Shown one piece after another: positions 57,001 to 64,000 of a stretch of 64,000 nt of DNA. The notes under the pieces were generated by a model. That model ran no database searches and was not told the origin of the DNA. It saw only the letters and a list, made by a program, of their open reading frames with translations. The stretch spans positions 21,804-85,803 of the IMG/VR virus record IMGVR_UViG_3300013999_000001, one strand, 5' to 3'. Every line of letters begins with the position of its first letter. Within the stretch, counting starts at the first letter, position 1. The translations under genes were made by a program, and so were the position numbers. This DNA is from a virus (Duplodnaviria > Caudoviricetes).

Positions 57001-57591
57001 ATGCTTTGTGGCGCGATAATGCCAGACGGAGTAAGCCCGTTTCTGAAATGCTATATCACTTCGCCATTACATATGGTTGTGGGTTATATCGGTCAGGGTA
57101 GCAGTTTCGATCTACAGGCCATGTGGGAATCCCCCTTCGGTAACGACACGCTGGGCGGTATGGCCGGGGCTGTCAGTAGCGCAGCTGGTAAAGTCACCGA
57201 TACGGTCCAGGCCGCAACGGGCAGTACAACCAAAACAACGTTTAACAGCCTGCTTATCTGGGAAGGTCAGCAGCCGCCCACGTTCAACCTGGTCATTGAC
57301 CTGATGGCGACCAGTAACGCGCAGATCGAAGTTAACGCCGCAATCACCACGCTCTTACAGATGGCCTCGCCCGAACTGAAAGCCATTGCCGCGCCCGGGC
57401 GCAGACCTTCGCCGGTCGTGCTGGATATCGGAAGGCGGTTAAAGCTGATGGATGTGGTTATCCAACATGTGAGCTATCAGCTCGATGTTCCCCGTACAGC
57501 CGACGGTTACTACACCCATAACACGGTAACACTCCAGTGTTCCGGCATGGCCGTACAAAATCAGTCTGATATTCCCTACATGTTCATTTGA
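57001..57591 (+). CDS. PmgG-like tail/baseplate protein
   Basis: 196 aa; synteny after gene 21. Confidence 0.6.
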   Translation: MLCGAIMPDGVSPFLKCYITSPLHMVVGYIGQGSSFDLQAMWESPFGNDTLGGMAGAVSSAAGKVTDTVQAATGSTTKTTFNSLLIWEGQQPPTFNLVIDLMATSNAQIEVNAAITTLLQMASPELKAIAAPGRRPSPVVLDIGRRLKLMDVVIQHVSYQLDVPRTADGYYTHNTVTLQCSGMAVQNQSDIPYMFI

Positions 57592-57602
57592 ACCTCATAC
57601 GC

Positions 57603-57623
57603 AAATCACAAACCCCCTACCCT
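57603..57623 (+). promoter_or_regulatory. Candidate late promoter
   Basis: AAA-TC-ACAAACC-CCC-TACCCT. Confidence 0.6.
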
Positions 57624-57667
57624 ACCCTTCGGGCAGAAACTGCTGTCTTGATAACTGAGGGGTTTAT

Positions 57668-58159
57668 ATGTCTGGATTTTCCAATACCAAAGCCGATGTC
57701 GGCTTTTTAAAAAAACGCTTAAACCAGAGTATTGCGGCGGGAGAAAAACTTGTCAGCGCCGAATTCTGGATGCGTATTAAGGGTTATGAGCACTTGTCTA
57801 TCCTGGTGCGAACTACCCAGATACCGGAAATGACGCGTGAAGACGTTGAAGACTTCGCACCAGGCGGCATGAAGTTCAACCAGCACGGCCCGGTCCGTAA
57901 CTCCGGCGAATTCCAGGTAACGTGTGCGGAAACTATTAAGGGTGACGTGTTCCTGGCCGTTCGTCAGATGGTCTATGGCAAGGAGTACGTGGACATTGAA
58001 TTCCAGGCAACTGCTGAATCTAACAACGGCGAGCACCTGGGCCTCAAGCGTAATTTCCTCCATTGTAAAGTGTACTCTGACGCCATTGATTTTGGCTCAG
58101 AGGACGTAACTACCGCAGTGCGCCCTACCCTGCGTATCGTCTACAACTGGGCGGAGTAA
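57668..58159 (+). CDS. bplB: Tail tube protein, P1 BplB-like
   Basis: LVRTTQIPEMTREDVED and FNQHGPVRNSGE match recalled BplB. Confidence 0.8.
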   Translation: MSGFSNTKADVGFLKKRLNQSIAAGEKLVSAEFWMRIKGYEHLSILVRTTQIPEMTREDVEDFAPGGMKFNQHGPVRNSGEFQVTCAETIKGDVFLAVRQMVYGKEYVDIEFQATAESNNGEHLGLKRNFLHCKVYSDAIDFGSEDVTTAVRPTLRIVYNWAE

Positions 58160-58163
58160 GACC

Positions 58164-58715
58164 ATGACGCCAGCAGAAATGATGACAGGGGTTAAAAAAC
58201 GCTTCGCCACGTTGCTGGTGGATGACAAGGAAACCCTGAGCACCCTGCTCACGCAGGCGCTTTCGACATATCAGGATCGGGCTGGCGTCATTTCTCGCAT
58301 GCGAATTGAAAAGGCGGACGGCGTAAATCTGGTTTACCCGGAAGATTACCTGTCGTTAATCCACGTCACTGACAGCCGGGGTACGCTCGTTTATTCCGAT
58401 CCGTTCCCTGATAGTATCGACCTGGACCTGACCGGGCGCGAACGATACCCGTTCACCATGCTGTATTTCGTCAATCTGCGCGACCGCGACGTTAATAGCT
58501 GGCAGATCCCACCGGACATTATCGGCTCACTGGAAGATTACCTGGAGGCACTGATAAAAATCCCAAATACCGAGCGCCTGCGCCGTGCCTACGTGGCTGG
58601 CAAGCTGGATATTACAGGGTTGGCCGATGAGGTGACGCTGGAGCAGCGCAAGTTGGAGCTGGAAGAGAAGATGGCAGCTAACCGGGCAATCATCCCTATC
58701 GCCACTATCGCATAG
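58164..58715 (+). CDS. P1-like morphogenetic protein
   Basis: ALSTYQDRAG and IPNTERLRR match a recalled P1 pmg-class protein. Confidence 0.65.
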   Translation: MTPAEMMTGVKKRFATLLVDDKETLSTLLTQALSTYQDRAGVISRMRIEKADGVNLVYPEDYLSLIHVTDSRGTLVYSDPFPDSIDLDLTGRERYPFTMLYFVNLRDRDVNSWQIPPDIIGSLEDYLEALIKIPNTERLRRAYVAGKLDITGLADEVTLEQRKLELEEKMAANRAIIPIATIA

Positions 58716-58811
58716 TAATACAGTGTGATTGTCGTATTGTGTGACATCATTTCAACCACACAATATTACAATCACACATTATGACAATTTTACTGTAATA
58801 CAGTCATACGG
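58716..58811. repeat. 12-unit 8-bp periodic array
   Basis: TAATACAG TGTGATTG TCGTATTG TGTGACAT CATTTCAA CCACACAA TATTACAA TCACACAT TATGACAA TTTTACTG TAATACAG TCATACGG. Confidence 0.75.
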
Positions 58812-58818
58812 GGTGTTT

Positions 58819-59517
58819 ATGGGGTATTTTGACGGACTATCAGGAATCACAAGCGGCGTGTCCGTAAAGACTGTAGGCAGCAACCTGATATCCAATATCC
58901 TTTCTCGCGCCACAAGCATCGTCAGCGGCAAGTCCGTTTCGTTCAGCGGCCTTCCTGCTGAACTGGCGAGTAATAAGGCCATCTTGCAGGCCGCTATGCG
59001 CATACGTTACGCGCAGGGCTGGCAGTGGACGATTGAAGCGGACGGCATGCCCGCGCTGGACATGTACGCCAAAGATGTAACCTACGGCTTCGGCAATATC
59101 GAAACCGAGTCAAAACTGATCGGCGCTATCGAATTCAACAAACCCACGCACCGCGTGGCGGGCAACCTCACCATGACAGTCCGTGACAACGAAAACGGCC
59201 AGTTATACGACTGGTTTAAGAGCCGCAGCGCCCGCGTAATTAACAATGACGGCACGATAAACCTACCACCATCCTACCTGCTGAATATCCGCATTTATCG
59301 CGTGACGCAGGACGGCCAGCGCCAGCTTGAAGAGGAAGTGCAGATGATTCCCACAACGCTGGGTGAAATTACCCGCTCTCGCGATCAGGTAACGGAGTTT
59401 CTGTCATACCCGCTATCGTTTGTCCGCTATACGTCCGTAGACCGCAGCATCAGAGGGATGGCCGGAAACCTCGCCAACGGGATGATGGCCGGGTCAGGTA
59501 GCTTGATTAAGTTCTGA
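58819..59517 (+). CDS. Tail tube/initiator protein, P1 Tub-like
   Basis: YAQGWQW and RVINNDGTINLPPSYLLNIRIYR; ATG 58819 preferred because the upstream TTG lies inside the repeat array. Confidence 0.7.
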   Translation: MGYFDGLSGITSGVSVKTVGSNLISNILSRATSIVSGKSVSFSGLPAELASNKAILQAAMRIRYAQGWQWTIEADGMPALDMYAKDVTYGFGNIETESKLIGAIEFNKPTHRVAGNLTMTVRDNENGQLYDWFKSRSARVINNDGTINLPPSYLLNIRIYRVTQDGQRQLEEEVQMIPTTLGEITRSRDQVTEFLSYPLSFVRYTSVDRSIRGMAGNLANGMMAGSGSLIKF

Positions 59518-59518
59518 G

Positions 59519-59622
59519 TATGACAATATGACAGTAATACAATATGACAGTATTACAACAAGACAATCATACAAAATGACAGTATTACAAAAAGGCAGTC
59601 ACACAATATGACAGTGTGACTG
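59519..59622. repeat. 13-unit 8-bp tandem array
   Basis: TATGACAA TATGACAG TAATACAA TATGACAG TATTACAA CAAGACAA TCATACAA AATGACAG TATTACAA AAAGGCAG TCACACAA TATGACAG TGTGACTG. Confidence 0.85.
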
Positions 59623-59671
59623 TCTCATTATCGCACCGGCACACACCCTTCACGCGTATCAACTGCATCGC

Positions 59672-59692
59672 AAATTACAGACCGATTACCCT
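59672..59692 (+). promoter_or_regulatory. Candidate late promoter
   Basis: AAA-TT-ACAGACC-GAT-TACCCT. Confidence 0.6.
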
Positions 59693-59721
59693 GGCACAGT
59701 CAAAAACCCAGGGGGCCAAAA

Positions 59722-60540
59722 ATGCATATTCCTGATTTCCCGCTGCCGTCCAGGCCGCGCACCGAAATTAAATTTCGAATGCCAACCGTCGCTGATGCCA
59801 TGCACTACAGCGAATGCAATCCGGCGTTAGAGGAAGCCACCACCACTGAATACCTGAACGCCATGCAGCAGGAGCCGGTCAACGACTCCGCGCTCTGGAC
59901 CGCGCAGGACCGCCGGACTGCATTGTGGTGGATATATATCAATTCCCGCATCGACACCGTTAATACGTTCTCCTATGAGTGCCAGCACTGCGGGGAAACG
60001 CACTTCAATGACTTTGATTTGCGCGAACTGAGCGACACCACAAACATGCTCACCGAAGAGCCATTCCAGTACGTCATGGTGCCGGTACAGGGCAAGGAAA
60101 CCCGATGGACGCTAAAACCGCTCGATGGCCGCAGCATCACCATGCTGGAACGCCTGCGATTCACGCTGCCGGAAGCAACCAGCCCGGATTACAGCGCTGC
60201 CCGGACCAATATGCGCATTGCTGAGCTGGCGTTACATACCGCGCTGGATGATGACCCGGAAGACTTTGAGGAAGCCGCTAACCGTCGCTTTGATCTGATT
60301 AAGACGATGGCAACCGATACCGAATTCACACCACTGGTGGCGCGCATTCAGCTGATGCAGCGGGAGCTAAAACACGGCCTCGATGTGAGCATTTCCGATG
60401 GCCGCGTAAGTCTGATTTTACCGCCGCACATTTGCGATGCCGACAATGGGGAGGGAAAAGCAACGCGGTTGCTGATCCCATTTCGGCCTGGCGCATTCAT
60501 TCCCGGTTTTAAGTCTGAGTGGCTGGCTAATCATTATTAA
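59722..60540 (+). CDS. Tail assembly chaperone-like protein
   Basis: FPLPSRP, WTAQDRRTALWW and CQHCG; directly upstream of the tape measure gene. Confidence 0.75.
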   Translation: MHIPDFPLPSRPRTEIKFRMPTVADAMHYSECNPALEEATTTEYLNAMQQEPVNDSALWTAQDRRTALWWIYINSRIDTVNTFSYECQHCGETHFNDFDLRELSDTTNMLTEEPFQYVMVPVQGKETRWTLKPLDGRSITMLERLRFTLPEATSPDYSAARTNMRIAELALHTALDDDPEDFEEAANRRFDLIKTMATDTEFTPLVARIQLMQRELKHGLDVSISDGRVSLILPPHICDADNGEGKATRLLIPFRPGAFIPGFKSEWLANHY

Positions 60541-60655
60541 CAACCTGACGTTATACGGCTATCAGCCGGTCAGTGACGTTGAACGTTTACCCGAGTGGCG
60601 GGCGCTGGAAATGAATAAGGCGCTCCAGGAAAAGTACAAACCGAAGAGTCGTTAA
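60476..60655 (+). CDS. Start-less ORF in the +1 frame, probable chaperone extension
   Basis: ...LSGWLIIINNLTLYGYQPVSDVERLPEWRALEMNKALQEKYKPKSR*; fills the gap to the tape measure gene. Confidence 0.5.
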   Translation, partial: SHFGLAHSFPVLSLSGWLIIINNLTLYGYQPVSDVERLPEWRALEMNKALQEKYKPKSR

Positions 60656-60656
60656 C

Positions 60657-63600
60657 ATGCAAAAGAATGATCGGCTGAAAATCATTGATGCCATTGAACA
60701 GGCCAGCGAGGCAGAGCTGCGGCAGCTGGCGCTGATTAATGACTCGCTGAGTGAGCTGGCAGGCCGATCAGGGCCAGGCGCGCATGCAGTCACTACCGCA
60801 ACACCCGCGACGGACGATGCGCCGGAACTGGTGATCACCCGCCGCTTTTCCCGCACAGACCGAGACGACAAAAAAAGCGACGAACAAGGGGACTACTCAG
60901 CGCTAAAAAGTGCCGTTGTAAAGAACGAAAACGGCATGCTCGCAGTCCCGTCCAGTATCAGTGACCCAGAAGAGTCACAAAAAGAGCAAAAAAGTACCTT
61001 ACAAAAGGACTACTTAAAGCAAAAAAGTACCATAAATAAGGATCGGGAACTTAAAGGGACGCCGGGTATTGAAAAAGTCCCTTACAAAGGGACAAAACAA
61101 CAGCCCCCGCGCATCACGGAGAAAACCGAGCGAATAGAGCGGGAGTACCATCATGACCGTGAACGGGAAAGGAACAGCAGCACTCACACGGCGGGTACTG
61201 ATACCACCAGCAACAATACCACAACACATTATCGTGACCGCCTGACGGCAGCAGGGGGTGATCGCGCCCATCGCAATAATGAATCGGGCGAGCGTACGCG
61301 CAACCCAAAACCAGCAAGACCTCCGCGCCCGACTGATGAGAAAAAATCAGGCGACCCTCGCCGGGGTACTAATGGCCGATTCCTGTCACGCGACAAAGCT
61401 GAGTCCTCTGAAAACATTCGCCAGCAGAAATTAAGCCAGAAAGAGCAGGAAAAGATGCAGAACGGCTTCTTTGGCAGGCTGGGGAAAATGCTGTCTGGCG
61501 ATGGCGAGAAGGGCATGGAGGGTACTGGCGGCGAACTGGTCGGCGGCGCTGTCGTCGGCGGGCCTATCTGGACGCTGGCGAAAGGCACGTTCGACATGGG
61601 CAAGGCCGTTACGGATAACGCTGTCTCAATTAAACAATGGGTAAGCGGAAAAGACGAAGACAAAGATCGCGATGAGCCGGAGTCAGCCAAAACACAGCCC
61701 CCCGTCATCGTGCAGCCACCGGCACCACCGGTACTGGGCGAACCGAAATCCGCCGCGCAGTTTTCGAACGGCAGTCAAGATCCTGCCGTCGCCGCTACGG
61801 TCGAACAAACGCGTTTGATTGACGAAAATGACGATCGGATTGTTGATGGTCTGGACGGTATACGCCGGGAAATCAAACGGCAGGGGAAAGGTGGCGCAGG
61901 CGGGGGTGGGTTGGGGGACCTGCTGGGCCGTCGCCGTCTGTCCGGGCGCAATGGCCGTAACGGACGCAATGCGCGCAACAAGAAGGATACCAGCCGCAGC
62001 CGTGGCGCTGACAAGGGTAAGGACGGCACCAGCTCGCGCGCCGAGGGTGAGAAGGGCAAACGTCAGGGTAAAACCGGCAAGACTGACGGATCACAGACCG
62101 ACAAGAGCCGGTCAAAAACCAGCCCAGAGAAGGCTGGCAAGCCGGGCAAAACACCAGGTAAAACCCCAGGCAAAACACCAGGCAAGGCACCGGTCGGCAA
62201 GCTGAAAGCGCTCCTGGGCGGGAAGGTGCTTAAGGTTGCTGGTGGCGTTGCAGCGACCGGCGCACTGGCAACCACTGCCGCTGAGCATCTGCCGGAAAAA
62301 GCCGCCGCTATCGCCACCGAAAAAGCCGCAGCGCAGGCTGCGAAAACCGCAGTACCTGCCGCTAAGGCCACCGAGAAAGCGATCACCTCTGCCGCCAAAC
62401 CAGCCGCAGAAGCAACAGCAAAGACTGTCGCCACTGTAGCGGGTACAGGCACCGCCGCAGCCGGAACCACCGCAGCCGCGAAAGCGGTTAGCTCAACAGG
62501 GGAAAAGGCCGCAGAAACCACTGCCACCAAGACCGCCGTGAAAACGGCAGAAGCAACCTCGACAAAAGCAGTCGGAACCACCGCCACCAAAGCCGTTACC
62601 GAAGCCGGGGAGGCCGCAACAAAAAAAGGGGCGCTCAGTATTGGGTCGAAGCTCGGCGCAAAAACGGCGTTAAAAGCAATTCCGCTCATTGGTACTGCGA
62701 TCGGCGTGGGGCTGGATGCCTACGAAGGCGCGACCGACGAAGAAGGCCAACGCGCGGCATTTAACGTCGAGGAAGGTAAGCAGGTCAGCACCCAGCAGAA
62801 GACCGCATTTACAATGGCGAACGTATTGAATATGGGCGGACTGGTGTCCGGGACGGCAAGCCTGCTGGCAAGCGGGGCCAGTGCCATGGGCATGGATAAG
62901 GTAGCCGAAGCGCTGACTTTCGACACTGCCAGTATCGCTAAAGGTCTGGATAGCGGTATGACATCCGTGCGTGACGCTGTAACAAAAGTAACAGAGTCGT
63001 CCGACGGGCAAAGTAAGGAAGTCACGAAAGCTCTCGCAGATCAGACCATGGCGATTAACTCCGGCACAGATAAAACAGTAGGGGCAATCAACCGCCTGGG
63101 AACACAAATGCAGGGTGGGGAGTGGGGCGAGGATAACGTCGGTGTCGAGGGTAAAAATGTTTCGGATTATACGTCCGTAACGGCTAACAGCATTTCCCCT
63201 GATCTGAATATCGGCGGCAAAAACGCCAAGGTACGCTCATTCCGTAATAACAACTTCGGGAACCTTAATTTTGTCGGCCAGGAAGGGGCGCGACTGGAAG
63301 ATCCTAACGGCAAAGGTGAGGCACGCTTCGCCAAATTCAACACGCCAGAAGAGGGCTTCCGGGGGCTGGCAAACCAGCTCACGCTCTATGCTAACGGCAA
63401 GTCGAAAGCGACGGGCGGGCGCAAGCTCGAATCCGTTGAGGACATTATCGGCGTTTACGCGCCGAGCAATGAGAACAACACGCAGCAGTACATTTCATCG
63501 CTATCCACCAAGCTGGGCGTTAAATCCAACGAAAAGCTGGATATGACCAACCCGGAAGTGATGACGCAGCTGATGCGCGGCATCGCCACCATTGAGGGCG

Positions 63601-64000
63601 GCAACCCGCAGGTCACGGATCAGTTTATCCGTGATGCCATCGGCCAGCATCAAGACGGGAAATGGGTAGGCGGTAAATTCAGTGAACAGTCACTGAAAGT
63701 CGTTAACGAAGAGCGCGCAAAAAAAGGGCTGGCACCGGTTGCGGCCAACTCGCTCTACAGCAGCGGTTCAAAGGTGATCACCACCCAGAGCGGCGCAGAG
63801 CCTGTCAGACCTGCCGTATCTGACAATGCGCCGGTTGCCCCTGCCGCCGTTGTACCACCACCAACAGCGTCGTCACAACCAGCACCAGTTGTTATGCCTG
63901 CGCCAGCCGCAGCTGCCGCACCGGCCAAACCATCGCTATCGCCGATATCGTCCGCTGCCGCCGCCACGCTCCCGCTAACTATTTCCGCGCCAGCCGCAGC
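60657..64000 (+). CDS. sit: Tape measure/structural injection transglycosylase (Sit-like), truncated at the right edge
   Basis: ATG 60657 (MQKNDRLK...); Ala/Thr/Lys-rich region; RNNNFGNL...FNTPEEG lysozyme-like motif near 63240. Confidence 0.8.
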   Translation, partial: MQKNDRLKIIDAIEQASEAELRQLALINDSLSELAGRSGPGAHAVTTATPATDDAPELVITRRFSRTDRDDKKSDEQGDYSALKSAVVKNENGMLAVPSSISDPEESQKEQKSTLQKDYLKQKSTINKDRELKGTPGIEKVPYKGTKQQPPRITEKTERIEREYHHDRERERNSSTHTAGTDTTSNNTTTHYRDRLTAAGGDRAHRNNESGERTRNPKPARPPRPTDEKKSGDPRRGTNGRFLSRDKAESSENIRQQKLSQKEQEKMQNGFFGRLGKMLSGDGEKGMEGTGGELVGGAVVGGPIWTLAKGTFDMGKAVTDNAVSIKQWVSGKDEDKDRDEPESAKTQPPVIVQPPAPPVLGEPKSAAQFSNGSQDPAVAATVEQTRLIDENDDRIVDGLDGIRREIKRQGKGGAGGGGLGDLLGRRRLSGRNGRNGRNARNKKDTSRSRGADKGKDGTSSRAEGEKGKRQGKTGKTDGSQTDKSRSKTSPEKAGKPGKTPGKTPGKTPGKAPVGKLKALLGGKVLKVAGGVAATGALATTAAEHLPEKAAAIATEKAAAQAAKTAVPAAKATEKAITSAAKPAAEATAKTVATVAGTGTAAAGTTAAAKAVSSTGEKAAETTATKTAVKTAEATSTKAVGTTATKAVTEAGEAATKKGALSIGSKLGAKTALKAIPLIGTAIGVGLDAYEGATDEEGQRAAFNVEEGKQVSTQQKTAFTMANVLNMGGLVSGTASLLASGASAMGMDKVAEALTFDTASIAKGLDSGMTSVRDAVTKVTESSDGQSKEVTKALADQTMAINSGTDKTVGAINRLGTQMQGGEWGEDNVGVEGKNVSDYTSVTANSISPDLNIGGKNAKVRSFRNNNFGNLNFVGQEGARLEDPNGKGEARFAKFNTPEEGFRGLANQLTLYANGKSKATGGRKLESVEDIIGVYAPSNENNTQQYISSLSTKLGVKSNEKLDMTNPEVMTQLMRGIATIEGGNPQVTDQFIRDAIGQHQDGKWVGGKFSEQSLKVVNEERAKKGLAPVAANSLYSSGSKVITTQSGAEPVRPAVSDNAPVAPAAVVPPPTASSQPAPVVMPAPAAAAAPAKPSLSPISSAAAATLPLTISAPAA

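Noticed and set aside
58716-59622. CRISPR array
   Set aside because: Units are 8-bp tandem repeats without spacers; no cas genes
60453-60459. G GGA AAA -1 slippery heptamer in the chaperone gene
   Set aside because: The -1 frame stops at TAA near 60510 and does not reach the downstream ORF
1-64000. IS elements, rRNA, antibiotic resistance genes
   Set aside because: No transposase, rRNA or resistance signatures seen

Overview
64 kb of a temperate P1/D6-like phage-plasmid, probably from an Enterobacterales host (host not determinable from the sequence). The window starts inside the portal gene and continues through darB-ulx-lxc, pmgM/pmgS-like genes, a ~2.9 kb tRNA/structured-RNA region, an lpa-like gene, a ParMR locus, pac/pacAB, a C1-like repressor and a Dre-like recombinase with a rox-like site. 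Next come an accessory early operon with higBA, ref, mat, baseplate/neck genes, hrdC, dmt, a second (type Ib) ParA locus, a C4-type antisense RNA, PAAR/spanin genes and an AT-rich REase cargo gene. It finishes with RepA plus an iteron origin, umuDC, capsid/sheath/tube genes and a truncated tape measure gene. Most notable: (1) a ~1.55 kb ORF-poor, densely base-paired RNA region upstream of a tRNA-Ile2 and an anticodon-defective tRNA-like gene; (2) a candidate new Dre-family recombinase/target pair; (3) four dispersed 8-bp-periodic centromere-like arrays; (4) a C4 antisense module placed upstream of a Tad2/DUF2829-like ORF instead of icd-ant; (5) readable late-promoter and repressor-operator consensus motifs. 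All family assignments come from motif recognition and recalled P1/D6 proteins and synteny; no database searches were run.
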